Part shown: piece after piece, positions 48,825-63,000 of the stretch
How the letters are laid out: the number at the start of each line of letters is the position of its first letter
Position numbering within the stretch: position 1 is the first letter of the stretch
Assembly: GCA_043228905.1 (NCBI GenBank)
Contig: JBHGNT010000017.1
Span: 11,718,001 to 11,782,000, forward strand
Source: Azolla caroliniana
Lineage: Eukaryota; Plantae; Polypodiophyta
Length of the DNA: 64,000 nt
Direction: 5' to 3'
Made by a program: the position numbers and the translations under genes
Notes under the pieces: model-generated
Told to the model about the DNA's origin: nothing
Seen by the model: the letters and a program-made list of their open reading frames with translations, nothing else
Databases searched by the model: none

Positions 48825-50151
48825 TCAGAGTTCGTATCCTTGTCTTTCCGACGCGCCTCCTCATCTAGCAAGCTCGACTTCACTCTTGCCAGGGATAACC
48901 ATTTCCCTTCCGGCCTGGCGTTGCCCAAAGTGACAACCAACGTCTCCCAGCTATCTGGGAGGGAACCGAGCAGGAGTAGTGCTAGTACCTCATCGGCGAG
49001 AGGTACTTCCAATGATGTTGCCTGGTGGATCAGCCCCTGGAAGGCATTCATGTGTTGCGCCATGCTGGAGCCATCTTGGTACCGGAGTCTTACTAGCTTC
49101 CGAAATACCGAAACCTGATTAACAACATTTTTGTTCTGAAACATAATGCCGATCTTCTCCCAAAGCTCATGAGCCTTGCTCTCTTCATTGAAGTTGTTGT
49201 ATAGACTCACGTCGATGAAGCACCGTATCTAAGTCGTTGTCTTCATGTGCATCACCTCCCATATCGTGGCGTCGATTTTGTCCGGTCTCTTGTCCCCGAA
49301 CTGAACCGGCAACGAAAGATCTTTAACCACGAGCATGTCCCTCATCTTCGACTTCCACACCAAATAGTTGGAGCCGGTGAGCTTGAACATGCCTCCCAAC
49401 GAATCATCCATTTTTCTGTGTCGTTTCACTCTGATACCACTTTGAAAGGACTACACGCTCCGGCACACAACGCTCGGCCACAACCGAGTCTAGGATCAAA
49501 CACAGAAAAACGGGTAAAGCTTGCACGACACAATAAAGAGAAGAGTACACAGGATGTTTACGTGGAAAACCCAAACACGGGAAAAACCACGGCAGTCCAC
49601 AGACTGCAAACTATCACTATGTTACAGTATACAATAGATGAACACAGAGGCAACGACCTCTTGTTCACTGTCTTCGCCACAGGCGGCGGTTACAACAAAG
49701 ACAACATCCTCTTCGTCTCTCACTCTCTCTGTGTACACGGTTCCACACAAATCTTGCACCAACAAGAATTACAACTACACACTACGCTAAGTTTGCCTTA
49801 AGTCATATTTATACTAATATGACTTTTTGGCTATTTACAAATATAGCCCCAATGGACTCTTAGAAACATATTTACGAATATGTCCCTTCATCTGGTGACC
49901 ACTCCTCACTAGCCCTGCATCATCCGGCGCTTGTCAGGCACTCATCATCTGGTTCTCATCGAGCCTTCACCATCCAACTCTTGTCGGGCACTCATCATCC
50001 GGTTCTCACCAAGCCTTCCGTTGCCGGGTACTCTAGATCCGGTTGTCACCAGGTCTTCCGTTGCCGGGTACTCCACACCGGATTCGGCCGAGGCAAACTC
50101 CCCCTTCACTATTCTTCTCACCTCCCATTCGGAGGGACCTGTTTCCTAACA
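48825..50151 (-). mobile_element. Copia 5' fragment (LTR 49443-50151, PBS, gag), host of A3
   Basis: PBS TGGTATCAGAG at ~49429-49439; gag KLTGSNY..WKSKM, LLGSLPDSWETLV. Confidence 0.9.
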
Positions 50152-51149
50152 ATTCTCTCCTCTACGACCAGCTTTGACTTTGGCTTGCTCTCTAAGTCAT
50201 TTTTGTCAAGAAATGGGCCTCTGTAGTGTAGTCAGTGGAGAGCCTCATTGATCATCACCAAATATCTTCTAATGGTATTGTTCTAATAACTTTGTCCAAA
50301 GTCAATTTCGGCGAGTTGTTTGTGAACAATGTGTAGAATACCTCCCAACTTGTCGTTAGGCTCAAGAGGAGCTCAAGGTTTTTTACTTCGTCTTCACAAT
50401 TTCTCCCTTGAGAGGAGAGTTTGGCTAACACCCGGCTAAATTTTTTGATATGGGAGGTTTCCAACTTAGATTCCTTTATCTTCATATTGAATAACTATCG
50501 AATCAATATGAGTTTTGATGTGGATGATTTATTCTCATAGACAGCTTGCAACTTCTCCCATAGCATATGCTAACATCTCTTTCACTATACTGAAGCAGAC
50601 GTTTTTTGCTAGGTGTATTCGAACGGTCGATCTAACTATTTCGATCAAAGATTGTCAATCCTCCCCTATCATTAAGTCAGTTTATGGTTGTGTTGTATTG
50701 CTTCAACTTGTTGTCAGATGATTAACACATTTTACATCATCTTCTTCCACAAGGCAATGTTTTTGCCATCAAATTTCCGGATTTCCATGCCTGTGCCGAA
50801 TGCAACGTCGTCTTGTTGTTGTTTGCGGACCCTTCAAAGTCTGATACAATTTGATGACAATACTATTATTTGAGCCAACTTGTAGTACGGAAGCAATATG
50901 GGTATGTTAGTGAGTCAAGCAACCAACAAGAAGCAACAGGAAAATATTTGTACAGTGGTCAACACGGAATATTTAGAGAGAAAAGAAACAAGAGGATAGT
51001 TACATAGAGTTTGCTAAAGAGACTCACTCAACTTTACAGTTACCCACTGAACTACATTACAAAGGTGAGTTACCTCCTTTTATAGTTAGGTTAACTAAGT
51101 GTTCACACTAAGGATACAACATGGGCAAAGTGGGACTTTTATCCCAACA
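50152..51149 (-). mobile_element. Old family-B-like copia 5' fragment (LTR ~50852-51149, gag)
   Basis: SHIKKFSRVLAKLSSQG..SWEVF similar to B/E gag; LTR begins TGTTGGGATAAAAG; degenerate PBS. Confidence 0.72.
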
Positions 51150-51339
51150 ACTTGTCCATAGGAGAAAAAAGCATTCTTGGATAGGGCGCACAAAACCTAT
51201 CCAGATAGCCAAAAGGGCTTCCCAAACCGTGGGCCAAGAAATCTGTGAAAAAGTGTGCATTTATTCTTTGTACAAATGGTACAGTGAATGAACAAGTCCA
51301 TAATAAGTGTGGGGCTATTTCTGATCGTCCACCACACTA

Positions 51340-53381
51340 GGCAAGTCATTTTCCATGAAAGATCTTGGTCCGACTAAATAGATCTTGGGGATGCACATAG
51401 TTCGAGATAGAACTAGGAAAGTGTTCTGGTTGTCATAAGAGAAATATGTGACAAAGATCTTGGAAAGATTCAACATGATAGAAGCAAAGCCAATCAGCTT
51501 TGTGTTGCCAACAAACTGCAAGCTGAATGCCAAGCAATGCCTGAGAGGGGAGAACGAAAAGGTTGAGATGAGGAAAGTATTGTATGCCTCGGCCGTCGAT
51601 AGTCTAATGTATGTTATGGTTTGTACAAGAACAGACATAGCATTTGTTGTGTGAGTAGTAAGCAGGTACATGAGTAATCCAAGTAGAGAACATTGGGCAG
51701 ATGTTAAATGGATACCCAAGTATTTGAAGGGCACCATCGGGGTATGCCTTAGGTATGGTGTCGGAAAACCTACACTCGAAGGATTTACCCATTCACACAT
51801 GTGGGGGGATGTAGACTCGAGATGATCCATGTTACGGTACGTGATGACCTATGCAGGGGGAGCAATCTTGTGGTAGTCACAATTGCAGAAGTCTATGGCA
51901 TTGTCAACCATAGAGGTAGAACACATGGCAGTGGTAGAGGCCAGCAAGGACCTGATATGGATGAGAAATTTCCTCAGTAAGTTTTGAATGAAGCATTATG
52001 AGATCTTGCTTCATTGCTATATCTAGCCAAGAATGATGCATACCACTGCCAGACCAAGCATATACAAAGGAGGCCTCCCTCGTTGTGGAAGAAAGTAGAA
52101 GAAGGGGAGGTTACCCTTGTGAAGATCCATACTGACAACAATGGATCTGACATGCTCACGAAAAACCTATAATGGAAAAACTGAGAGTCTGTGGACTAAA
52201 AACAGGACTGACTAACTCCCTCCCACAGGAGTGAAGGGGGAGTTTGTTGGGAATATGTCCCTTTTCTGGGAGGAGTCGATTGTGCGGAAAGAGCCAACAA
52301 TTCAAAAACAAGGAGTACCCAACGGGTCATGTTGAGAATCGACAGTCGAAGAGTCGATTGCGAGAGTTGACAAGAGGTGATCCAAGTCAAAGACACGACC
52401 GACTAGTCAGGCCAACTGGACAGTCGACACTTGAGTTGGCTAGTCAAATCGACTAGTCGACCAATTGACTGATTAGTAAGTATAAGTATCATTATTATTA
52501 GATAATAATAATGGTCATGTTTGTAAATATCCCATACTAAGTGTTAGTATAAATACACTAAGGGCAAACATGTAGAGTGTACAGAGTGATAGAACAAAAA
52601 GTGTAGATGTGAAACTTTTGTAGAAGAAGAGTGAGTAAGAGAGAGAGAGAGAGAGAGAGAATGAAGACATATTTCGAATGGGACATGTTTTTTCTGTACG
52701 GTGGCTGAAGAAGATGCCAGACATAGGTTTATTACATGTTCGGTTGCTAAGGCCATTTGGGTGATTATGTCACAAATTTGGGCATCGATAATAGGAAATA
52801 TTTTGTCACCTTATAAATCAATTTTTATGGATGAGGATAAAGTTATGCCTACACCATCATATAAGGTGGTTTTTGATTACCTTAGATATTGGGGGATGTG
52901 GTTTAATTGGAACATGAGAAATGAGTTCTTGTTTGATGGACTTCATGGGATAGCACAACAAATCTATAGGATGAAAGGGAAATTGATTTGGCAATTTTCA
53001 CAACTATGTTGTATGGGAATCTTGTCCCAAGAGGAGATAGACTTATGTCATCTAGTTTTACAACACTTGAGAGGGTTTCCCTTGCACTATCACTATTTAT
53101 GAAGTAGTGAAGATAGCAAGGGGTGTATTATAATTTTGTTTTAATAACAAACATTGATTTACGAAAAGAGAGAGAGACAGAGAGACCATAGCCAAGAGTA
53201 GATGCCAAGAAGCATGCGTGGTTCATACACTTTGTGAAGAAGAGTGTTGTAATCTATTGTATTGTATTCTCCTCACTGATAGTGCAATCCCTATTCCCAT
53301 GGTTTTTCCCGTTCAGCGTTTTCCATGGAAACTTAATGTGTTCTGTGTACTTTGTGTTGAGAAACGCAACCGGCCACAACA
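51340..53381 (+). mobile_element. Family-C-like copia 3' fragment (RT/RH, PPT, 3' LTR 52245-53381 interrupted by a LINE)
   Basis: YASAVDSLMY..CTRTD; PPT GGAGTGAAGGGGGAG; LTR TGTTGGGAATATG...CAACA. Confidence 0.85.
52661..53166 (+). mobile_element. 5'-truncated LINE (L1-like ORF2 C-terminal zinc-finger region)
   Basis: CFFCTVAEEDARHRFITC...W..WNMRN..LF motif; A-rich end; (AG)n-derived duplication on both sides. Confidence 0.8.
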
Positions 53382-53384
53382 GGT

Positions 53385-56300
53385 TGTAGTTCGTATATTC
53401 CTATGCAGAAAAATAACTACTAAAATTGAAAACCAAGACAAAGACTAGTAGAAACAGAGAAAGAGACAAATTTTAACATGGAAACCCGAACTGGGAAAAC
53501 CCACATGGAGTCCACAAACTCCGAAACAAAACACTATGATGAAAGAGGAGTACTAGGAGAAAACTCGCAGGCAGCAACCTTGAGGTCTCCTTCGTCAATA
53601 GACGGCTATGGAGTTGCACTCTCACACTCTCTCTCTTACTCTCACAGTTACACAGGCGACGACTTATTCTACCTATCTTACAACAAGACTCATCATCATC
53701 TAAAGTTTTCCCTAGTTGCATATATACTTAGACAACTTTATGGCTATTTACATGCATAGACCACATGGGGCACACAATCAGACTATTTACAAGTATAGTC
53801 TTCCGAGTTGGCTATATCCACGATTTTGGTTTCGGCCGAGACCGAGTTCCTCATCAACTCGGCTCCTCTCTCTTCCCATCCGGAGGGACCTATTTCCTAA
53901 CAAACTCCCCCTTCACTCCTGTATGGGCTACTTCACCAGTCCGACCCTCTGTCGGCACGCACTTAGCTTTTCGGCTAACAACACCTTTTTCAACATGTCT
54001 GATCCATTTTCGGCCGTATGGACCTTCACTAGAACGAACTCCCTTTCTTCTACCCTCTCTCGGAGCCAATGATACCTCTGTTGGATATGCTTTGTCCTCG
54101 AGTGGTAGGCGGCATTTTTCGCAAGGTGGATGGCACTTTGATTATTGCAATAGAGTCGGAATTCTTCCTGGCAAATTCCCAACTCGCTCATAAACTCCTT
54201 CATCCATATGATTTCCTTCCCGGCTTTTGCTGCGGCCATGTACTCGGCTTCCGTGGTCGACAATGCCACGGCCTTTTGCAACCTTGATTGCCACGAGATA
54301 GCTCCCCCTGCATATGCCATTACATATCCGGACGTGGATCGACTGGTATCTACATCGGCCGACATGTCTGAATCCGTATAACCTTCCAAGGTGGGGTTAC
54401 TCGTGCCAAATCAAAGACAAACGCTCGATGTGACTCTCAAATCTCGAAGTATCCACTTCACAACAATCCAATGCCCTCTCCCGGGGTTGCTCATATATTG
54501 GCTAACCACACCGACTGCATATCCTATGTCCGACCTTGTACATACCATCGCGTACATGAGGCTTCCAACCGCTGAGGCATAAGGGACCTTTTCCATCTCG
54601 GCCCTTTCAGTTCTCGTTTTCGAACAATGTTCTTTGCTTAGCTTGCAGTTCGTTGGCAGTGTCGAGTCGACCGGTTTCGCGCTTTCCATACCGAATCTGT
54701 GGAGGACCTTTGTCACGTACTTCTCTTGTGACAACCATAACAGTCTCTTCATTCGATCTCGACCAATGTGCATTCCTAGGATTTTCTTCGCCGGACCCAT
54801 ATCTTTCATCAACCTGCTCAAGGCCCTCTTCAGCACTCGAATCTTCATATGGTCTTGTTCAACAATTAGCATGTCATCCACGTACAGCAGGAGGATGAGA
54901 AAATCTCGTCCCTTAAACTTCTTCACAAATACACAGTGATCGGCCTGTGTTTTGTGATACCCATTGTCATTCATGAAGGATTCAAATTTTCTGTACCATT
55001 CCCAAGGTGCCTGCTTTAGCCCATACAAGCTCTTTCTTAATCGGCGTATGAGGTTTTCCTTACCTTTCTTTAAGAATCCTTCCGGTTGGTACATATATAT
55101 ATATATCTTCCTCCAAATCTCCATGGAGGAAGATAGTATTGACGTCCAATTGCTCAACCTCGAAGTCCATGCTGACCACTATGCTCAGCATTGTTCAGAT
55201 GGACGTCCTCTTTACGATTGGGCAAATATTTCATCAAAATGGACATCCTTCCTCTGTTGGAACCCTTTCATGACAATTTGTGCTTTGTACCTGGGTGGAT
55301 TTCCGCCATCTCCCAGTTTCAGTCTGTATACCCACTTATTCCTGAGCGCCATCTTCCCCTTTGGCAACTCAGTCACTTCGTATGTGTGGTTCTCATGTAG
55401 GGATTCCATCTCCTCTTGCATGGCACGCAACCACTCTCGGTTGTCGGTATCTTCCTTAGCTTCTTCAAATCTTTTTGGCTCCCCTTCATCAGTTAGCAGT
55501 ACACGCTTTTCATTCGGGAATCTTCAGGGAGCTCTTCTCTCTCTAAGGGGGTATCCCCAACCTCCGTCGGGCACATTCGGATCTTCTTCGACTTCTTCAG
55601 TCGAGTCGATTTCAGTTCCTCGTTTGGCCACTTCCCCTTGTTCCTCAGTCGGTTCTCGATTTTTCCGAGAGTACATTCGGCCAACTGGTTCGGACTCGAT
55701 TTCGATCGAGTCAACTTCTACTCGATTCGGTCGAGCGTCGATTCGACTCGATTCAGTAGTTGGAGACTTATTCTCAATCTCCCAATCGACAATCTTCTTC
55801 TCTTCCATGAAGACAATGTCTTAGCTTCTGATCACCTTCTTCTCAGCTAAGTCCCATAACCAATCACCAAATTCATCATTGCCATAGCCAAGAAATATAG
55901 AAGGATGAGATTTCGGGTCCAACTTCCCCCTCTAGTCCTTTGCCACATGCACATAGGCAAGAGAACCAAACACCCTCAAGTGTTGGTATAACACATCTTT
56001 GCCGTTCCACACCCTTTGTGGAATATCCATGTCCAAGGGTACTAAGGGTGATAGATTTATCACATACATTGCTGTCATCAGCGCCTCAGCCCAGAACGTC
56101 TACTCTAACTTTGCATGTGCAAGCATGCTTCAGACTCACTCCATTATAGTTCGGATCATTCTCTCGGCCAGCGCATTGAGCTCTGGTGTCTTTGGCATGG
56201 TATACTTGAGCCAGATTCCTTGATGTGTGCAATATTCCTTGAACGATCCGCGGTACTCTCTGCCATTGTCTGTTCGGACTGCCTTCAATTTTTGGCCGGT

Positions 56301-57223
56301 TTCTCTCTTGGAACTCTTTAGAGACAAATAACACTTGATCCTTCGTCTTCAGCATGGAAGCCCATAACTTCCGGCTACAGTCATCTATGAAGGTCACAAA
56401 ATACTATGAACCAGCATGTGACTTTGTATCCACATAGCATAAATCCGTATGCACAAGTTCCAGTGGCACTGTCTTCCTCATCGGGGCCCTTGCTTGGAAG
56501 GATGTTCAATTTTGCTTTCCAGCCAAGCAATCTATGCACTTCTCAAGGTGCATATTCTTCATCTCTGGAATGAGGTTATCCTTGGGAAGCTTCCGCATCC
56601 CCTTTTGGCTCATGTGGAACAACCTCCTGTGCCACAGTTTTCCAACCGTGTCAGCTGCCACGTTTGCTTCCCCTTGGAATAATTGAGCATTCATTATGTA
56701 CAGTGTGCTGGTTTTCCGGGCTCGAGCCACAATCCGACTTCCCTTGCGGAACTTCATGACACCGATCTGTATGCTACCTATTTAGCCTTCGTCATCTAGC
56801 CGACGGGCAGATTTCAAGTTCAATCGAATTTCCGGAACGTGTCGTACGTCTCCCAACACTAGTCTGCACCCGATTGAGGTCACCAAACACATGTCTCCAA
56901 TGCCAACGATTCGGCATGCTCCTTCATTTCCCATCTTTACGAAACCGAGATCGGGGGTTAGGTGAAAGGACACACCCGAATCGATCACCAATGTCGATTC
57001 ATCGCCGACAAGATTCACTTCGTTTTGCTCGCTAATGAGGAGCAACTCCTCTTCATTTGTCGCGATCGCCGAGGTGTTCCTACTTTCCAAAATCGTTGTC
57101 GGTTGCACACTGTCGGCTCCCCATTTTTCCTTTCAGAAATGTCGGCAATTCTTTTGAAAGTGCCCTGGCTTCCCGCAATAGAAGCACATGGACCTTCCCC
57201 TCAATTTTGACCTTGTCCCCGAC
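53385..57223 (-). mobile_element. Copia element F (3' LTR ~53385-53902, RH, RT, INT, PR, partial gag), cut by gypsy G
   Basis: PPT at 53903-53920; YTDSDM, STTEAEY, YVDDM, SLYGLKQ, FIDD, LWHRRL, VIDSG, CFYCGKPGH. Confidence 0.9.
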
Positions 57224-57791
57224 TGTTAAGCGTTGGGATAACAACACAACCAGTCACGAATAAGAAAGCATGAACAAGGACGTAGTACGAAGAGGAAACG
57301 ACAAGAGGAAAGGAAAGCAAAGAGACAGCCAAATGTGAAAGGCCCATACCCTAAACGTGAAAGCTATATAAACCACATAGTAGTGGCTTTGTGGGGGTTC
57401 TCCCATTTGTAAAGATCTCCTATTGATTAGAGCTAGAGCTTCCTCTCCTCTTTCTTGTAACCTTTGAGCTTAAGAGATATTAGTGAAGTGTTGAGTTAGA
57501 GAACACTAATCTCTCTCCTTGTTGGTGCTAGACCTCTTAGCAAAGAGGGTTAATAATAGACATACTCTTGCTTCTTATTGTCTATATCTATTGATCTATT
57601 GTCTATGAGAGAGAGCTTGAGAGAGTGAGAGAGATATCGTGCTTAATAATTTACTAATCATTGAGTGAGTGTGAGGCTCGGAGGTAACCGACAACCATCT
57701 CCGCCCGATTCGCCATCAAGAGGGTATACACCGGTCCGAATCCTGCCACGACATCGAGGAGCTTACTCCATTGATACATAGATCCTTAACA
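57224..57791 (+). repeat. 5' LTR of G (568 bp)
   Basis: 7-bp terminal inverted repeat, CTATATAAA, PBS 6 nt downstream. Confidence 0.87.
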
Positions 57792-57797
57792 TCTATT

Positions 57798-57816
57798 TGG
57801 CGCCGCTGTCGGGGAT
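57798..57816 (+). promoter_or_regulatory. PBS complementary to tRNA-Asp 3' end
   Basis: TGGCGCCGCTGTCGGGGAT versus the typical Athila PBS TGGCGCCGTTGCCGGGGA. Confidence 0.82.
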
Positions 57817-57901
57817 ACGACCGACGCTTGAAGCCTATTTTTGAGTAGTCAAAAACTCGGAGGCAAATCACTCAACGAAGGAAGAAATCGCAAGAGAACC
57901 A

Positions 57902-58192
57902 CCATTTTCTGTTTTTTATCATTTCATAGTTTAATTAAGTTCCATTTTCTGTTTTTTTTCATCATTTCATAGTTTGATTAAGTTCCATTTTCTGATTTTT
58001 TTCATCATTTCATAGTTTAATTAAGTTCCATTTTTTGTTTTTTTCATCATTTCATAGTTTAATTAAGTTTCATTTTCTGTTTTTTTCATCATTTCATAGT
58101 TTAATTAAGTCCCATTTTCTGTTTTTTATCATTTCATAGTTTAATTAAGTTCCATTTTCCGTTTTTTTCATTATTCCATAGGTTAATTAAGT
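57902..58192 (+). repeat. AT-rich ~41-bp tandem repeat (7 copies) in 5' UTR of G
   Basis: Unit CCATTTTCTGTTTTTTCATCATTTCATAGTTTAATTAAGTT. Confidence 0.95.
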
Positions 58193-58360
58193 CGATTTTT
58201 TGTTCATTCGCTCGGTTAACATTAAACATTGTGGAGATTAGGCCATTACAAGGCAAGCATAATCACCGCGAGTCTCGCGGCTTACGATCACTCCACGGGT
58301 CACGAAGCGACCGTTGGCGCCAAAAAGTTTGAATTTCCCACGCAAAGCTCGTCGAAAGAA

Positions 58361-58430
58361 CATCCTTCGACGAAGATTCAACCTTCGACGAATCTTCTTC
58401 CTTCGACGAATCTTCATCCTTCGACGAACC
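58361..58430 (+). repeat. 18-bp tandem repeat (~4 copies, core CCTTCGACGAA)
   Basis: Read directly from sequence. Confidence 0.85.
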
Positions 58431-58801
58431 TATAAAAGCTTGACCAGAAAACATGGCCATGGACAGAAATGTTCAAAACCCGACCCGCACGCCTGGAGGA
58501 GTCCACGCAAACCAACCAAACCCACGATGCCGTCCCACCTAACCCGACTCAGTACCACGGAGGGTGGCTTACTCCGGGGATACGACCAAACATGAATCTC
58601 CCATCGAGCCTAGGAACTAAAGCACTTCTCAACACACTCCCACTATAGCAGAGCCCATTGGCAAACCCACTCAGTGTAGAACGACATATACGAGACGCAG
58701 CGCAAGAGTTACGGGTGATAGAACACGAAATCAATCTATGGACGGTACAACTTGCGAAAGGAGGACAACCGGAAAGCACCGCTTGAGATATCGAAGCCGC
58801 T

Positions 58802-59737
58802 TTGGCAGAAAGGAAGGATAGATTCGCACAAATGCAACAAAAACTTCACCGTCTAGAAACATCATCGCACATACATCGTCGAAGTCAGGAGCATAGCCTC
58901 GTACCGCGTTCGAGCACAATGGGTGATAGCCCGAACGAAACCCGTGCACAACGACACCCGACATCACCACGCATGGGCACAGTCCCTACACCTGACCAAG
59001 CTAGCCCTACACCTCCAAACGCCGAACTCGCACTAGCGCTACAATCCATCCAAACTCTCGTAGCATTGATGGACAAAGAGCGAGCACCCATAGACCATCC
59101 GAGAAACCTCACAAATGACAGTGGGAAGAGTGCTTCCATTTCTAAACTAGTACCTCGTTTCCTCAGTTTCGGCGATGCCTATGACCATGTCGAGAGGTTC
59201 AAACAAATTTGCTGCGCTTATGAACCCCTCACAGATATCACCAAGGTAGCCGCGTTTGGACTCACACTTGATGACCAAGCCGGAATCTGGTTTCGAACCT
59301 TGAATGAAGACATCGCCGCCGATTTCGAGTATGTCATTGAGGATTTCTTGATAAACTTCGCTCGCAGAGGGAATAAATGGAACCCGATTGACCAACTTTT
59401 CGCCCTCAAACAAGAAGCGAACGAAACGGTCAGGGACTACATACCTCGCATGAAAAGCCTGCATCATCATTGTATTCCGAATGACAAGATGTCGGATGAC
59501 AAGTTGATGAGCCATTTCATTAATGGGTTGTTTGATACGACAGTCCAAAATTTCCTGATTGCCAGGATGTGTCGATCGTTTGCTGAAGCCTGCACAGTAG
59601 TGATGACCTTTGAAGATTCGATGAGTGGATTACAAATACCCACCCACGCACCCACGAACAACCGCGAGAAATCCTCCGACTCCACCCCTGCTCTACCCAC
59701 ACCACCGCGAACACCCCGGACACCACACGGGACATGA
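58802..59737 (+). pseudogene. gag: Gypsy G gag (retrotransposon gag domain)
   Basis: F.LTL...A..WF..L, LKQEANETVRDY, FINGL motifs. Confidence 0.85.
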
Positions 59738-60047
59738 GTGTCCCCTCCTTCATCAACGACGGCCGCAATACTGTAAGTGGTGCAAAGCTTTCGTAATGCA
59801 TACGCAAGAGAACTGATGGCAAGCCCCCACTGGAAGGTACGGCCAAACGCCAATGGTGGAACACCCATGCTCTCCCCCACCACTTAGTCGTCCACCACTA
59901 CCAGCGATACTCCCTTAACAACCCCCACTACCGCGCATCGGCGCCCGCCTCGCTGAACTGGAGTATACCACAAATAACCAAACCCAGGTTGGAGCAAGCA
60001 CCCCCGAATATGAAGACCCGTACAGGGAGTATGGCATTGAAGAAGAG

Positions 60048-63000
60048 GTGTTGTTCCATTTCGTGGATTTTGAAGGAGACCAAATACCAGTGTACGTCCT
60101 GAGAGGGGAACAACGTGGACCCCCTATGGGATACCGCAACAACAATGGTCTAAGGAGGTCAGAATTGAAATGCTTCAACTGCCAAGGCCCACATATGGTT
60201 AGCGAGTGCCCAACCAAACATGAGTACTACAACCAGATGGCCCAACGACCACGACACCTCCCACTCGACACGCCTCCGCAACCACTGGTGCAAGGGCCCA
60301 CCCAACAGTCGCAAGACCTCATCGAATGGTTCCAAAGAGAAGCATCATGCCCAGGGTGCGGTAAAGAACACCTAGTACTTGATTGCCCGGAAAAGAAGAA
60401 AAGGGTCGGCACAAATCTGTTGTCCATTGTACCATCCACGATCGGTGCCAATGTCATCACACGAGCCCAACGAGTAGTGCACAATTTAAAATACCATGAT
60501 CAAGGTCTCCCCGTGACTGCACATAAGAGACGCAAATCTAGAAAGAATAATTCCACGCAAACCTCAAAACAAGATCAAGAACCGGAGGGGGACACAGAAA
60601 CATTACCTGTCAATCCGAATCAAGAACTGTCGGCGCACCTAGCAGCATACCCAAACCTAGTAGCTGAGAAACAAAAAGTAGAAGAATACATCAAACTCAT
60701 ACACCACGAACAGTTTGAAAAATCACTTAGCCTCCCCAGCTTAAACTTCGACCAACTAGAAGAATGGGTAAACCCCTCACCTCCCCCCGTCATCACACCA
60801 ACCGACACCCCCATTTGCCATCCTACCCCGATCAAAGAGGTCAACACAACTCTACTCCAACAAATCTTAAATTTAAGATTGCGACTCACATTACGCGAAG
60901 TGCAGAGCTACATTGGCACCTTCACCACCGACAACCCCCTATTACGACCTCTACTCGCCAAGGAAATAGAGTTTAGACTCGAAGAACTACTCAAACTCGA
61001 CGTTCAACCGTGGCACGACGTCCTCCGACGCCTCAATGGTGGCCTATCGGCGGGATATGGTGAAGGGATACACACCCACACTCCTCACACATCCACAGTC
61101 CTCAAACAACCTGAAGGACCGCCAGTCGATGTCCATGAAGCCCACTTTGAGAGCGACGACACTAGTTTCACTCTACCTGTCTGCGTCAATGGTAAGACGT
61201 GTGACGCCATCATTGACACCGGAGCAGGGGTAAGTATCGTTTGTTACGAATGTTGGTGTAAGTGGGGGAGCCCAAAAATGCTGCTTTCCGATGTCAAACT
61301 ACGAATGACAGACGGGTCCATCCAAAGACCGGAAGGCATGATTCCTACGCATCACTTCACTATCCACGAAGTGGAGTTCAATCTCACCTTCGTCGTCACA
61401 AGATCGTCCAACCATGTAGCCTACGAGTGCTTACTAGGAAGACCATTCCTACGTATAAGCTACCTGGTAATGGATTTTGGGAACGATATAATCTATATGC
61501 GAAAGGACAACAAAACCTTTCGCATCAAAGCATACACACAAAAAGTGCATGAACAAGAAGGCAACCCTCTCGTAGACGATTGGTCAGGAACCACTGAGTT
61601 CGAGACCAACCTGCTAGCGTGCAACCCCACAAAGATAGTTCAACTCTTGACCAGAGGCGAACACTTTCCTCAAAGCCTCACCACTTCCAAAGAGGAGAAC
61701 GCACGTGAGAGAGACGACCAATCCGTCGCCTTCGAGACGTCAGAAATGAATTGGGTGCATGCTCTCGCCACAACCGACGCAATGTACCCTATATGTACAA
61801 AGTGTTGTGACGAGAATGGAGAAACAATCTCGTGCTTCAACATCACCACCCTAGGACCCCGGTGAAAAGACATAGATGTAAAGGACGAAGAACTGGTACA
61901 ACGAGTCACACGTCCAGGTGACGTCACGACCACTCAGGAGGTTGTGACGGAAGCGGACTTCCTAGAGCATTTCAAACTCTATGAACAAGGGAGTAGGGCA
62001 ATGGCTTGTACGAGACCGCAACGCAACCCCCAAGGCCTAGGAGAAGTCTATGATGGACCAGCAAGGGTGAAAGAAATCAACCTCGGGAAAGGCGCGGACT
62101 CCAAACCGGTGTTCATAGCTACAGATCCCCAGCCCAACGAGGAGGCAGCCTTGATCACTCTCCTCACGGAATTTAGCGACGTGTTTGCATGGTCGTACAT
62201 CGACATGAAGGGAGTCCCAGTTGAGGTCGTCACACATAGTATCCCCATGCGAGCCGATGCCCGCCCAATCCAGCAAAGGCCATGTCCAATGAACCCTAAC
62301 TACGCCCAACAAGTGAAAGCCGAAATCAACAAAATTTTGGTTGCAGGCATTATCTACCCAATCAAACGAACTACTTGGGTCTCCCCAATTGTGGTCGTCC
62401 CAAAGAAAAACGGCCAGATCCGCATATGTGTAGACTACCGCCAAGTTAACGAAGCCACTATCAAGGACAATTACCCGGTACCCTACATCGAACATTTACT
62501 CGAAAGAACCGCGGGAGCAGAAGCGTATAGCTTCATCAACGGGTTCTCCGGGTACAACCAAATCTCAGTGGTCCCTGAGGATCAACACAAGACAGCTTTC
62601 GCCACGGAATTTGGTACGTTTGCGTATAAACATATGCCTTTCGGACTCACGAGCACCTTGAGCACCTACCAAAGAGCGGCGGACCATATCTTTGCCGCAA
62701 GGTTACGACAAGGGGTGGAGTTTTATGTCGACGACTTATGTTGCAATTTGAAATGGCATGACCACTTGGGGCTACTCTGTTCAACGTTCGAAAAATGCAG
62801 AACCTATCAACTCTCTCTCAACCCGCTCAAGTGTCAGTTCTGGGTCAAGCACGGATTAATATTAGGACACGTCGTGTCCTGCCACGGGATCTCGACTGAT
62901 GAGGCAAAAGTAAAACTCATCCTCGACATGCTCCCCCCACGAACGAGAAACAACTACAAGGGTTCATGGGATACGCAGGTTACTATAGACGCTTCATTAA

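Noticed and set aside
52701-53102. Host gene (133-aa ORF)
   Set aside because: Matches the LINE ORF2 C-terminal zinc-finger/W-rich signature and lies inside an LTR.
54964-55824. Long antisense ORFs (also 29120-29905, 46712-47386, 62037-62495)
   Set aside because: Opposite strand of recognisable gag/pol or extra-ORF sequence, with no independent motifs.
57902-58192. CRISPR array
   Set aside because: Contiguous tandem repeat with no spacers and no cas genes, in a eukaryotic retroelement leader.
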